A DNA stretch of 64,000 nucleotides from Amoebidium appalachense (GCA_963693365.1 CAVNZM010000004.1:7353093-7417092); one strand, 5' to 3'. Counted from the first letter of the stretch, positions 43,660 through 64,000 are shown. Translations and numbers: made by a program. Notes: generated by a model from the letters alone, not told the origin.

Positions 43660-44501
43660 AACGGGGAACCCAACTAATTGATTTTTCTTAGTCTTTATGG
43701 TACCTCGTAGAGAAAGTAAACCCTGCTATATAATCATCACCCGACATCTATGTACTTGATCATGATATGCCGCTGAGGGGATATTCCGAGCAAAAACCCC
43801 CCATACCTGAGACTGGTCTCTCTTTGCCTCGAGTAACCAGCGTAAACCCCACTTTTACCTCCCTTATATATTGGAATATCTGCCTTATTCTTAAATGATT
43901 CCCTCGTTCCTTATATTTCTGCCCTATAGTTCCACCTTACATTTCTGCTTTATTCTTTCTCATATTTCTGCATTATGCTTTTAGGGAGGGAAAAGGGAGA
44001 CTCTGTTAAGTTTGCTACGTGCATATAATCTAACCTTATCTTTGAGAACCGACACAAAGCACCACCGGGGCGGGGGAGGGGGGGGGGGGAGGACTAGAGT
44101 CTCTCCCGTCTGTGTGTATGTGTATGTGTGTGTACAAGTGTGTTGATGGTGATGGGGGAGGGGGGGGGGGGGGGGGGGGAAAGGGGGGCGGAAGGGAGGG
44201 GAGGACAGGAGGAGAGGTACGGAGGGGGAGGAGGAGGGGAAGGAAGAAGAGGGGGAAGGGGGGGGGGGGGGGGGGGGGGGAGAAGTGAGAAGGATGAAGA
44301 CGATACTGACTTTTTTTTTTTTTTTTTTTTTTGCACAGCTTCTGCTGCAGTATCCAATCAGTGGACAGCATCAGCCTTGAGCCCATTTCATTGGTTCCGA
44401 GTATTCAATCATTGACGTGGCAGTCCCTGGTTGCTATGCAACGCCTCACTGAGGGCGTGGCAAAGGTACCTGGACTCCCCCCCCAAAAAAAAAACATGCA
44501 T

Positions 44502-44541
<40 letters not shown>

Positions 44542-44596
44542 CTCCCCGTTTCCCTCCCCTCTCACCTTGTGCGGATCACTTCTCCCATTTATCTCT

Positions 44597-44631
<35 letters not shown>

Positions 44632-45015
44632 ATAAGAAAGAACACAAACACGCACATGCACCGTTCCTTCCTATTCCTCCCCCCCTCTCTTCCCACATCA
44701 ATGCCTTCCCTGCACCCCTGCACCCTCACCTCTCCCAACATGTACACACGGATGTGGAAACCCCCAAATGCACACACGGTGTGCCTGTTCGTACAGGTGC
44801 GATTGAGCAGGTGCACGCTTGTGCATGTGTGTGCGCGCACGAGTGCACGAACGTGTATGGAGTATGTGCCTGAGCGTGTGCGTGTCCGTGCAAGGCTTGT
44901 GTGTATGTGTGTACGTGTGCATGGTGTGTGGGTGAGTGGGTGGATGTGGGTATGGGTGTGTGGATGTGGGTGTGGTTGGGTGTTTTTTTTTTTTTTTCTT
45001 GATTTTTTTTTTTTT

Positions 45016-45066
<51 letters not shown>

Positions 45067-45181
45067 GGGGGGAGGGGGAGACACGTGTATGGTGTGTGTG
45101 TGTGTGTATCCACTCCCCTGATATAATACAAACTCTCATGCCCACTTCTCTATCCCTGGTAGTTCATACTTACTCCAATCC

Positions 45182-45216
<35 letters not shown>

Positions 45217-45737
45217 ACTTGGACTCCACACCTCTACCTCGCAATATCCCATCAATGATTCGTACGAGTGTGTGCACGCGCATATAAGCCGCCAAAAACC
45301 TAAGCCCAAATCTGAATTTCAGTCATATCAACATTATTAAGTCTTGAAAATACACAGGAACTTCTATTGTGCTATGTTCTTTACCCACCACACACCTCCG
45401 AATCTCAGCTGCTCGATCCTGCAATCATACAGAACCTCTCTTTGCAGGTGAGCCCCCCCCCCTCCCCCCCCCCCCCCCCCCCTCCCCCCCCCCAAAAAGA
45501 AAAAAAAGAAAAAAAAAGGGGGGGGGGGGAAGAAAAAAAACCAAAGCCCGCCTTTCCCCCCTCCCCCCCCCCAACCCACGCACCCACCCACCCACCCCTC
45601 TTCCCCTGCCTGCCAGCCCCTCCACCGGCCGTCGAAGGCAAACTCTGTCATAGTGTATGTAGGTGTGTCCGTGTAGCAATTTGTTACATAGTTTATTCCA
45701 TATGTTGGGCGGTGTGTTCCATGTGGTAAGCCGCGCT

Positions 45738-45803
<66 letters not shown>

Positions 45804-45986
45804 TGGACGTGCACATGCACTTTGCATGCACGCCGGCACTCGCTCACACACCCCCATTTACACACATGCGCGCGTGCGTGCAGACACACACAACACACAC
45901 CACGTACACACACACACACACACATGCAGGAAATGGTCCTACGAAGATGGAAGCCAGAACAAACGGCACAGAAGGGCTCCTCGTAG
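37572..45986 (+). CDS. TSEN2: tRNA-splicing endonuclease catalytic subunit Sen2
   Basis: Exons 37572-37677, 39304-39398, 40816-41328, 41695-41833, 42737-42773, 44339-44465, 45358-45447, 45930-45986 join in frame. Motifs: [76 protein letters not shown] (catalytic Y, H), [10 protein letters not shown] (catalytic K), LRRWKP. Confidence 0.93.
43168..43226. other. Near-perfect 59-nt inverted repeat in TSEN2 intron 5
   Basis: Arms 43168-43193 and 43201-43226 pair at 25 of 26 positions; 7-nt loop TCTAGCT. Confidence 0.9.
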
Positions 45987-46253
45987 TCGAATCTCAAAAA
46001 ACGGAATTGAAATGTACAGGAATTGTGTTTGTATATACAGTGCGCACATGTATAATGAATGACACATGGTAACCTAATCCGCCTTCTTTCTTATTTGATG
46101 GCTGTGTTCTAAAGCTTAATTTTTGATTCCTAATAAGTACTTGTTACAAAACCCTTTTTATACCTCTACTGCAATTAGTTGTTTCACACAAAGAAACTTC
46201 CTATCTAGTTTGAGTTATGGCAGCCTGGCTTATCAAAAATAATTCACTGCACG

Positions 46254-46311
46254 ATAATAAGACGAGTGTTTTCGATCAGTTAATAATAAGACGAGTGTTT
46301 TCGATCAGTTA
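46254..46311. repeat. 29-bp tandem duplication
   Basis: ATAATAAGACGAGTGTTTTCGATCAGTTA x2. Confidence 0.9.
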
Positions 46312-47079
46312 AAAAAAAGGGGAAAAAAAAATTTACATCTCCACATATGATGTATGCCTGATACAATATATCTCCGCACACGATTTGTATGTTGTAAGTG
46401 TAACCTCGATTTTTTTACATGTATATCTTGTTGGGTGGAAGTACTGTTGGCCTTGGTGCCGACAACTCACCACAGCTCACCTACATGTCGTTAATAAACA
46501 GCACATTCCCCCTCCCCCGATCAGTTTACGGGATTGGGAAAAATGTGGCTAACAATGATACAGGTGTGCAGAAGGTGGTTTGATGTGCGGACCTATAATT
46601 GGAGCGGGATAGTAGCCAAAAATGGCTTTTTGAGCCACGTTCTTGTACAAGCCATATGATATGATGTGACAGATCCACGAAATTTAAGGAAGAGGTATCC
46701 TTATTGTTAATGAATTCTAAATTTAATGTCCCATTTTATTATCGCATATGTTCCCCGTTGCTTTTTTTATATATACTTTGAAGTTACCTCTACTAAAAGT
46801 AGGGGATGAGTGGTGGTCCATGCATGTGGGCCAAACTGAGTCGTCATTTACATTTAGCACAGCCACTACCATGTGTTCTATATTTCCCATACGCCGTTCC
46901 AAAGCCATCAATTTCTGTCAGTTAGTAAGGAAAGGGCCCCCGTATATATCATGATCACTCACTTCAAAAAAACTCGGTAAAAATCTCAATCTAAAAAAAG
47001 AACTGTTTTAGTAATTCCTGTCACTCAAAGATATAAACCACTCACTCAAAATAGATCCTGCACCAGGAAACAAATAGCC

Positions 47080-47149
<70 letters not shown>

Positions 47150-47322
47150 CCGGCACCGACCGCCCAAAAGTTACATGCGTGCACGATTGCAGTCGGTAAG
47201 TGGCTGCATGAGGTCAGTTGTGTGGCTCGGTGGGAGTGTTCGGTATGGGGCATGGCATAGGGACGGTGGTGTCACACAGACCATGGTTCACTGGTGCGTG
47301 TGTTCGTGTGCATGTGTGTGTG

Positions 47323-47392
<70 letters not shown>

Positions 47393-47765
47393 TGTGTGTA
47401 TGCGCGGTGTTGTGTGCGTGTGCGTGTGCGTCTGTGTATACGTGTGTGCACGCGGATGCATGTGTTTTTGTGTGTGTGCCACGTGCTTCTTCCAGGCCCA
47501 CATGTGCGTCATCTGTTTAGGGTGTTTGTTGTAGTCAGGTCGCGTGATCTATAAGTTCTCAACCATGTGTTCTAGCTTTGTAATTTTCCTTTTTTGGGTT
47601 TTTGGCTGTGGGCGGCGGCGGCCGGGGGGGAGGGGGGGGGGGGGGGGGGGGGGGGGGCAGGTGAAACTTCAAATTCGGAGTCCAGTCTAGAGAGTATGTT
47701 CGATTATTATTCTGGACTAGCTGTGCCATGTTAGACTTTGCATGCATTCATGAGTGCCTCACGGT

Positions 47766-47841
<76 letters not shown>

Positions 47842-48308
47842 CTGTAACAGAGTGCCCACGTGTGTGTTACAGATGCACATGTAACATAGCCATTGCCATC
47901 ATAGCGGTCAGTGTTCAGCATGCATGACATAAAGCCAATCCCACTCGTGTATGGGTTTTATATATATGGTGTTGCACGAAAGTTATCAATCAGTCTACAT
48001 TTCTATACTCAGCCTCGGTGCCTCAAGTAAACATCAAAACCTAACTTATGTAATCGATTAACCAGTATATCATAGGGTAAACTTAAAACTAATTCAATAG
48101 TAATATATTTAAACGTGCTAAGTTACCTACGTATATGAGATTCATATTTATCATACCCTGGCAGGCGACAGCAGCAATATCATATCAAAATTTCCTATTT
48201 ACGGCTGTGTTTATATTATTTAACATGAAAAAACAGTACAAGAAACCCCCCAAAAACATTCCTACCTATTTATGGTAACCACCACCAAACTCAACTATTA
48301 TACTTTTC

Positions 48309-49184
48309 TTACATGGGCTGCGGAAGAGTAGAGAGCGAATCTTTTACAAAGGGTGCGCAGTGCATGGAGGGGGGTTGTAAATTAGTGCTCGAAAATTGAA
48401 AATCTGCCCGGGAAAGTGATGTCATTCCAGTTATGCTACAAGCCCGGCACGCAGACCGCGTAGAACCCCTGGCCGGCATAAGGGAGAGCGAAGTCGAGTC
48501 GATCCGCTTTTCCTGAATATTCGATATCCGGATCAGTTGCTCCCGGAGTTTGGCCTCCCGGTCAAGGGATTCCTGTAATTCCGCTTGTAAATCTACCGGG
48601 CCACCAACGCTCTCCGTGTCTGCCTCGCCACTGCGCGTCGTCGTCGGCCAGACTTGAGACGAGCAGACAGATGCGAAAGCGGAACTATGAAATTTGTCTT
48701 TAATTTTCACGTTAGTTGCACTCAAATTCTTATTACCCGAGTTCGAACCATGGTTGGCGGAGCCCCAGAGGAGACCGGTTGCATTTAGGATTTTCGGGAC
48801 GAAAAACACGGAAATGAACAGAATTACGGAAACGCACGTTGACAGGCACCAGAGGATGTACCGGTCGGGCATGCTATCCAGCACGAAAAGGACCATAGGA
48901 AGGACAATTACTCCCATAGCCACTTGCACCACGGAGGCTCCAAACACGAATTTTGTTTCTGTGTGGGGATTTTTTTCCCAGTAAGTTATCCTAGTAATAG
49001 GTGTCAAACGTTGTATGTTTTTCATTCGTGGCTTTGTTTTTGCAAATCGCAAGAGGGGAAGAGGGGAGGGGGGGGGGATGAGGGGGGGGAGGGGAGGGGG
49101 GAGTTGGTGAAATAGGCCAAAACTGCACATCCCTCATCTACCCAGTTATAAACCACAAATGTATATATCCTCCGGGGGGAGAAG

Positions 49185-49218
<34 letters not shown>

Positions 49219-49556
49219 TAAACAAGAATGGGGTGGGAAGAGGGAAGGGGTGGGGGTGGGAGGGGGTGGGAGGTGGGGGGGTGTCATTCATGGCTACATT
49301 TTTGCTGAATATAACTGGGTAGATAGGTTTACGCGGGTCTATATTCCATCCCCCCCGCCCCCCCTCTCCCCTCCCTCCCGCCGAAAAAAAAAACAAAAAA
49401 AAAACCCCCACACACTCATGCATCCAATACATGTACACACACCCGCACACCTCCCGCCTGCCCGGTCTGGTGGCCTTGTTCCTATTTGTGTGTATGCATG
49501 TTGAAGTTTTGTGTGTGCTCGTTTGTGTGTTTGTGTGCTTGTGAGTGAGTGAGTGA

Positions 49557-49624
<68 letters not shown>

Positions 49625-50246
49625 ATTTGGCGGGAGGTAGGGAGGGAAGGGGGGAGGGGTGAGGGGGAGGTGGGGGGGAGGGGGGAGGGAGGGGTAACGC
49701 CGAACACATACCTTTGAAAGAAGATGGGACGTTTCTAATCCGCCAAGACATAAGGCAGTCATCCCGAGAAGGAAAACACAGTTGTAGGCGTACAGGCACA
49801 CCAGGGTCGGATTCAGCCTAAAATCGCTCGCGCGTTCGATATTTACGATCTTTGCCGTTGAAAAATTCAGGGATCGTCACGTAGACTCGGGCCAGTTCCG
49901 AACCCATTGGCGATGCGATCGTGTAAATTATGAGAAGAATGGTATTTACGCTTACGAGCACCAAAAACGGTACCGTTAGCGCCAGGTCCGTGAGTCTCAT
50001 TCTCCTCCCGGTGTTCTTGGTGTTGAAGATTGCCTGTGATGATTGGTTAGAAATCAGCGATACATAATCATAGGTTAATAAAAAAAATAGATAGGTATGG
50101 AAGACTGCTGGGAGAAGAGGGTACGACCGGAAGATTTTAGAGGTGTGCGAGAGGTAGGTGTGTGTGTGTGTGTGTGTGTGTGTGCTCGTGTGTATGTGTG
50201 TGTGTGTGTGTGTATGTGTGTGCGTGCGTGCATGTGTGTGTGTGTA

Positions 50247-50280
<34 letters not shown>

Positions 50281-51937
50281 CTCGTGTGTGCGCGTTTGCG
50301 TGTGTGTGTGCGCGCGCCTGACCATATGTGTGTGTGGCGGCGTGGGTGTGTATGTGTGTGTGTGGTTGTGGATAACACCGAGTGCACTTTGTGTGTGTGT
50401 CTATGCACGTTCTGAAGAGGGAGCAAGAATGAGGAGGAGAGGGTGGGGGGTGGGTGGGTGGGGGGGGGGGGGGAAGATGAGGGTGAGGGAGTTCAGAACA
50501 AGAGTTAAACCGCGTGTTTGTGTTTTACTCGAGGCAAGGCCCCAGTCTCTCTCTCTTTGTGTATACGTGCCTGGGAGGGAGGGGGGGAGGGGGGCTGCTG
50601 GCCAATTGTTCTGTGGCAGGCTGATATCACAGCATATACGTGTGTGCGTGGGTGTGTGTGTGTGTATGTGTGTGTCTGTGTGCGTGTGTGTGTGTGCGTG
50701 CATGTGTGTGTGTGTGCGTGTGCGCGCGTGTGTGAAAAGCTTCTCGAATGGCTGTGTGTGTGTTGGGGGGAGGTCGGCGGTAAGTGGGGAAAGGGGCGGA
50801 GGGATGGGGTTGTTAAGGAACAGTGTGGAAATTTCGAGCCCTACCTGAATTCTGTACAGCTTCACCGCCAGTGCCGAATATGTAACCCCGTAGCCCATAA
50901 ACAGGAACCACAGGCCCAAACTGAGCCGGAAATATGAGGGGGATCCCGAAAAAGCGAAATTCGACGCCAGAACCAAAATGCACCCGGCCAACATCAGTAG
51001 GCAGTAGAAGGCAGATGCATTTTTCAGAGATTTTGCCTTTCGGTGACGCCACGTAAAAACCCCCACTATCAACCCGTATACGATTCCAAACGATGAAAGC
51101 ACGTAGACTGAAACTGCCCGGGAGCTGAGCGACCCCACCCACAGGCAGTTTACGACGACGGGTTGCGGGATAGTTAGACCGTTGCGGCAAGCGGGATTTT
51201 TATCGAAAGTTATCGTCTTCATGCTTGTTTCGTCGCACGGAGCCGACACGTCGACGGTGAGATCCTTCATGGTGCATTTTGGAAGCAGAAGACGGTTTAT
51301 GACCGTGCACGCCCGATCCGTAGCCAATGAAACGTTGACATTCATCACCAAAAGCTCCAATAGGAGGCTGCGGAACACCCTAGCCTCTTCCATTTCGACC
51401 AGAAGATCTAGCATGGCCCCCGAGGGGCCGTGGGGGTAGAAGAGGTTTACGGCCAAGAGGGCGCTGTGGTATCGGGGGAACATTTTGTAGTACACGGCGG
51501 GGTCCATTTGGTAATATGCCCCCTGCCAGGCCCTTTGATAGGCCGGAAATTGCCGCATTTTCATCGCCGTGATGTGGGTGTAGGGTGACAACTGGTAGTC
51601 GTTAAGCAGTCGAATCAGGTTGAATGCCGTCTCGTGATTGGTGCTGTTGATGCTCACCCCAAACCCCGTGCCCCCAAATATGGTCATTCCACCGGGCATG
51701 TCGGTGTTGTTTGCGTCGGGGTACACGTCATGCTTCATACTGAACGCAAATCCGTTCAAGGGGGGTTTTTCATCCCCAGGGGCGAAAAAGTGGGACTCAA
51801 AGGGAATGAGGCTGTGGGGTCACTGGTGGGGGTCCAAACCCTACGCCATGCCTGAAAATCTTCGCTGTCGGCAGGGTACCATGCTGGGTCCATGACCTGT
51901 ACGTGTGTGTGTGTGTGTGTAAGTGTGTGTGTGTGTG

Positions 51938-51975
<38 letters not shown>

Positions 51976-52033
51976 GTACGTGTGTGCGTACATGTGTGTG
52001 TGCGTGCGTGTGTGTGTGTGTGTGTGTGTGCGT

Positions 52034-52084
<51 letters not shown>

Positions 52085-52087
52085 AAT

Positions 52088-52118
<31 letters not shown>

Positions 52119-53235
52119 TATGTATGTGTGTGTGTTCGTCTACGTGTATGTGCGTGTGTGCGCCAGCACGTACGCGGGTGTGTGTGTGAGTGTGTGCATG
52201 TGTGTGTGGGGGGGGGGGGGGGGGGGAGGGGGTGGTTAGGTGGGTACTACACAACAGAGGGTGAAGAAACAAAACGTCATCTCATTGTGGCGTTAGGCTA
52301 AACAAGGGGCACAACCTCGAAGCGCCCGGGGGTAGAGGGGTCCCGGGGGAAATGGGGGGTTTCAAAAAAATTTATGAATGCCGCCCGTTCGTTGAATTAC
52401 AATCATTACATTTTGTGAAAACACAAAAAACTCCATAGAACCTAAACATCCCCGTGTACCCGAAACCAAAGATAATACCGGAAGAAGCAATTCAAAAATC
52501 CGGTTTGGTACTTACCTCTTTGAGCAGTGGGATGTATTTTTCCAGCGCCCTCACGAAGGAAGCATCGGAGAGTCCGCACTTGAGCTTCCCGTTTCCCTGG
52601 CGGAACACCATAGCATGTTCCGCCAGCCCCAACAGGGTAACCAATGACTGATCCTCGTTGTCTCCCGGCTCAAAAAGGAAGGTGGGTCTGTGCGTCTTTT
52701 CCTTAGTTGGAAGGAGGTACTTTCCAAATAAGACATCCCACGACCAGTTTGTAAATACGGCCTCTTTTGCCCCCGTCAGTGTTAGACCCCACTCATTTAC
52801 TTCAGCCTGGAAGTAATCTTTCCCTAGGTGGTTGTTGTTACTGGGGGGGTTTATGTTGGAATTTTGAACGTCAGCCGTGTTTGTGGCGTTTTAGATGGTG
52901 TACCGAGCCTCCACAGTGTATGGGAGACCGAAAAAATGACTCTCAACCTGTGTATGGTTAAAATAAATTATATTGGGTATGTTTTAGTGAAGGTTTACTA
53001 TCAGATTCTACAGCTAAAAACGGCTTGTTTTTGTTATTGGTTTTGTTTGTGTGTGTTTTTGGAGAGAGGAAGGAGGGGAGAGGAGGGGGTGGGGTGGGTG
53101 GGTGGGTGGGGGGGAGGGGGATAGGGTTAGCTAGGACTAATTATCCCTCATTATCATTTATCACAGTGTTTGAACAAACCGTTTGTGAGGGGATATTTAA
53201 GGCTGAGGACATTGTACATGTGTGTCTGTGTATGT

Positions 53236-53280
<45 letters not shown>

Positions 53281-55110
53281 CGTGCGCGCGTGTGCGCGCC
53301 GCGCCGCGCCTGTGTGTGCATGTAGTCGGTTGTTATGTGTGGTGTAGTGCGCATGTGCATCTAAGTCGCTCGTGTGTGTGTGTGTGCGCGCGCGCGTACG
53401 CGCGCTATGGGCGCCTGTACGCACTTTTGTTTTGGCATGCACCACGTATATGTATACAGATATAAATAACAACAGCAATCTGTGCGTTATAGCATATGCA
53501 AGGCAGTGAGGATGTACGCGCACGGTGTTTATTGTTGCCCACCCCCTCCCCCCCTGCCCCCCTCCCCTCCCCCCACCCCCCACCCCCCCCAACCAACCCC
53601 CCACATACACCCGTTTTTTCAAGCTTTTTTGTACCCTTTAGCCCTTTCTTCCTCCTCTTATCTTTCCAACCCCATGCCCATACCACCTTCTTCTCCAACC
53701 CTACATTCACTTGCCTAATCGCTCCCTAGAATGTCCTTCTCTCACAACATCTTACACAACTAATAATTTCCGGTTTTCCCAACCAAATTCCGAGTTTCAA
53801 GAACACGGATTTTTGATTTTTTCTTTCTTGAATTTTTACCCTACCTGCAGCAGCTGCGTAAAGTCGTGGAACGTGTCCTCCACCAAAACCTCCCGGTTTT
53901 CTCGTATTCCGATTGGATGAGAGTCGTGAGGTCCATAATCCCCCCGTCCCGCGCCCATCTAGCCAATCGAATGATCTTCCCAAAGACTATATCGGGAAAT
54001 GGCGCCCCCCTTTCCAACGCGTCGTCGAACGCCGTGGTACGTTGTGAATTTCGATTACGAGGGGGGGGTGCGGTGTTGTTGGTGGTGGTGGCGCGCGCTG
54101 CTACAATCTCTTGAGAGGCCTGTGTATATGGGCAGGTGGTTGGAGTTAGTGTTTTTGTGTTTTTTTTTTTTGAACATTTTGGACATCATAAGTTACAACG
54201 TACCTTCACCAATTCATTCGACACCTGCATAGGTGTATGTATTCCACACCACCAACCTCTCCTCCCCATCCACCCTCGTTTCAGGATTTGTTCTGAGCGG
54301 CACATAGTAGTGGTGGACGTCTCTTGTTGTGAAAGTTGGGCATGTTGAATTTATGTTTCCGCCTGGAACATCACCGCTACCAGATTTTAAATTTGAATTT
54401 GACCGTTCATTCGTAGTGTCCGAAATGTTGACAGTGGGTAAGGCCGATCCGCGCTTGTCGTACGCATAAACGAGGGGTGTCCCATAGGTACAATAACCAT
54501 TTGAGCATATTTGCTGTGCAAATTCGGTGAATGTCGCACGGCAAACTGGGAATATGTGCGATGTAATATCGTATATAGGGGCGGAATCCGGAGCCGCGGA
54601 AGGGGACGGTGCGCTTTGTGGTTCCGCGTTCGTAGTTGGGTTGGCGGGGATTTGCGAGGAAGAGGGGGTTCCTATTGGCCAACGTTGCTTGAGGGGGAGG
54701 AAGTTGTTTTGAATTCTGAGGAAGATTTTGTGAGAATTTGTGTGGCACCTAATGATCCCGTTACTGTGAATGAAGTATCTGAATCAGAAATCCGTGTTTT
54801 TGATACCAAAACATGGGACAGATTTGTTATTTCTTCACCCACGAGAGCATTGGGTTGCACGTGGCCCAGTGATTTTATGTTGCCATTGTTTTTGGTATCA
54901 CCTCCTTGCCCGCCAGAGGGGTGGCTTGGATTTGCAGTTGGATTCAGGTGTGTGTGTGAGTGTTGGTTGTGGTTGTGTGGAAGAAAGTGCCAAAATACTA
55001 CTAACGGTGGTTGCAGCCGATGGGGTCGAACTCGAAACCAACTGCAAGAGGCAAAGGAGCACCATGTGAAGTGGTCTCCGTGATTGGGGCATGCCCCCTT
55101 CCATATTCAT
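48309..55110 (-). pseudogene. Class C (GABA-B-like, 7tm_3) GPCR with N-terminal bacterial-type sugar solute-binding domain, multiply disabled
   Basis: Exons ~55110-54204 (internal structure uncertain), 54119-53845, 52947-52516, 51896-50845, 50033-49712, 48958-48309. Signal peptide; SBP motifs RLVVW, PDIV..GGIMDLT, FFGLPY..EAR, WSWD, PGG..FGGTGFGV....NHETAFNLI; 7TM motifs LKNASAFYC, LAVKLYRIQAIF, WRIRNVPSSFKETK, FVPKI. One stop (52891-52893) and several frameshifts. Confidence 0.8.
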
Positions 55111-57419
55111 GCTGCCGTGAATGTTCTGTTTCTAGGTGAAGTTACACAGACGTGATGCATACGAAAACAAGAACTGTACACTCACACACTAAACGTCAAC
55201 TGAATGTGGATGTATGTGTGATGTTGACTTTCACAAGTTCTGATTCACTTCTGAACTGCCGTGTGTGCACACGTGGGATCTGAAACGGTTTCTGTGCCAT
55301 ACGGTCGCTGACGTCAATTAACAGGATGGCCTGTTATACTAAATATATATAAAAAAGTACCCAGTTTGAATCTGCCAGAGGGGTACATAACAGATTTTTT
55401 TTAATATCTATGCGGCATATTTAGATGCAACCCTTGCTAAGGTGTGCAGGCACGCCTCAAGCTTGAGTCATGCGACTCCCCGTGCATCTTCCCTAGGCCC
55501 TGCTTCAAAACTTGTGGAGTGAGGGATCACGAGTGCACGTGTGCACGTGTTTTCGGTGCGCACCCTCTGAAAAGCACATGCCACGTTGCTGCTGGTATGG
55601 AATTCCAGGAATGTGGACCGTTTTATGAGTTCGATATCATAGATCGCGAAGCAGGTAGCAGGAAGACGAGGGGAAGACAAAAAAAAATAATGAACTCAGA
55701 GTATAGGACAGCCATTTGTGCTTTTATAATGTTATTGATATACATGGAGTGCCGTTCACTACCTTTATACGATGCATAAAAGCTCAAACCAAGAGTGTTT
55801 CAAGTAATACACAGGCAGGCAGGTGCCACGGGTGCGTGAACTCTTTATTTATCCTAGCATTCCTCTGCCTAATCCTCCATAACATCAACGACGGCATGAT
55901 ATTTGAAATAACGGATCCGCTATCAAGATTTGGTGTCCGGTCTTTTCAAGTAACGTTGAAAATAACGAGAACTCGATTGCATGTTCACGCAAATTTAAAA
56001 AAGTGATATGTATCAAGTAAAAACTTTGTAGAAATTCTTTGATAACTAATATTAACAATAAAATAGCTTTTTGGAGAAATATTATAATAATTATATCGCA
56101 TACAAAATGCGGGTGAATTTACATTTTGAAACATGACGCGAAACTGGCTCAAGTGCCAGGTGGCAAGCATTCTTTGGATATCTCTACAACTTCAAAGCCC
56201 AATTTCACCCGCAATTTTGTAAACCTATCCTACAGCACTTTTGCCATTTAAGTTATCCTAATAGAGTCCCAAAAATACGTTTTGTTTATAGTTTTGTATC
56301 CCTGGTTATCTCAAATGTGGATTACTGAATATCTCCGCAACAGATGGGATAACGCACCCCCCTGGAAAAGTCCATAGGTATACCGCTTCCCGTGGATAAG
56401 GCCAGGTCGTGCGCTATGTTGATGCATATGGGGTCGCTGCACCATACATATTTGCAATGCCCTGTGCACTACGTTTTTTTGTTTTCATTCCCAGTCTTTT
56501 ACCCATTTCCCCTCTTTTTTTAATTTTTTTTTCTTCTTTTCTTTCTCTAAGGCTTCTTTTATCGCTGCAATGGTGTGGTGTTGGCTAGGTCTTCTTCTTC
56601 TTTTCTCCGCGGCAACGGTGTGATGTGTAAGGCACGATGTATAAGGTGGGCCCGGATGTCCAGGCTAGTTTATTATTATTATCACACACAGGAAACTGTC
56701 CATTTATTTATTTCGAAACTCATAAAGCGTATTACTATGCATACCTGCCTAATATTTGAAGCTGTCCTCCCTATGATTATTGCAAAACTAATACGTTAGT
56801 GGTACTGTAGGTACGTGCTTGTCATGCGATGATTGCTACGGACGGCGCCCAGCCCGTGGTCCTCGAGAAATCCAGAGGGCCGTGCCCAGCCACGACTCCT
56901 TTGCTGCGTACGTCATCGTTGATGACGTCTATTTGGCCTAGTCTCTTAGTACGAAAATATGCATATGCAGGCTGTCACCTACTGAGGTGACTCGTATTTT
57001 TCCTTACACACACAGCGAACACTGGACTCTCGGGACCGTAGAGCCGACGCGAGAAAAAGCATGCACGCGGTCGCGAGAGTGTAAGGAAAAATAGATTGGG
57101 TTTGAGGCGAACGTGAAGTTCAAAGCAGCCCAGGCACCGTCAGTACGTGCCAGATATGCAGGTTTACTTTACATACTACAAAAACATGCAAGGACACAGG
57201 ACATGTCACAGAGTCTACAGAGCTCTAGTCACTACAGTTATAGTCCTGCAGCTAAAATAGACGTGTGTCTTTTGCACCGAGTACACAGACACACAGACAC
57301 ACAGACACACAGACACACGCACACACGCAAGCACACAAACACACTGACACTCACAATAAGCCACCCAAGGTGTGTAGTCGTTTGGAAAGTCAAGCAAGAT
57401 CCCGGTCTATAGGTCGGTT

Positions 57420-58800
<1,381 letters not shown>

Positions 58801-58942
58801 CCTTTGTATTTACCCTTGTTTTATTCTTGTTCTCGACCTGCCTTATGTTTAGCAGGTGTCTTTGGATCCACGTTTATTTTCCTTTTTTGGCAGGTGGTCT
58901 GCACACAGTTTCGCCTTCCTTATTTGGCAACTGGGCGGCATC

Positions 58943-63652
<4,710 letters not shown>

Positions 63653-64000
63653 GTTCGTGAACCCCCCCCCCCCCCCCGGGGCCGGGGGGGTCCCTCCTCC
63701 CATGAAAGCCGTGAATTGAAATTGATCCCTGGGAATCAATTTATCGGTTGTTATGGGTGCTTGGGTGTCGATTTGTGGTCGTCGTTTTTGTTCGGAAGCT
63801 ATTTTTCGGCGATAAATACTTTAGTTGAAATGTCATAGTCGTTCGTGTGTGTCGGTGTACGATGAAATCGTTACTGTTGTGTGAGCATAACGACAGGAAC
63901 CATTTGCACACACGCCTGAACACTGTTTCTCGTGTGAGATGGATTGAAAGTGGGGGGGGGGGGGGGGGGGGGGATATTGTAAGTATTTTGTCTTGTTTGC

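Overview
Eukaryotic, intron-rich DNA packed with microsatellites ((CA)n, (GT)n, (CT)n, poly-C/G), so most ORF-track entries are repeat artefacts. The gene content suggests an opisthokont, possibly a unicellular holozoan (inference only). I assembled exons by hand from splice sites and reading frames. Intact genes: the 3' half of a RAD5/RAD16-type SNF2 helicase (+), an intronless CBM21 protein (-), OXCT1/SCOT (+, 9 exons), TSEN2 (+, 8 exons) and the 5' part of ALKBH1 (+, runs off the window). Disabled genes: a class C (GABA-B-like) 7TM receptor fused to a bacterial-type sugar solute-binding domain, with about 9 lesions (-), and a cryptic multi-exon pseudogene head-to-head with OXCT1 (-). Mobile DNA: a young full-length Ty1/copia element hit twice by one 480-bp solo-LTR family, and a dispersed repeat carrying hammerhead-core-like motifs. 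The most unusual signals are introns whose 3' splice site is a (CA)n run ending in G with no polypyrimidine tract, the solute-binding-protein/GPCR fusion, the double nested insertion, and a near-perfect 59-nt intronic hairpin.
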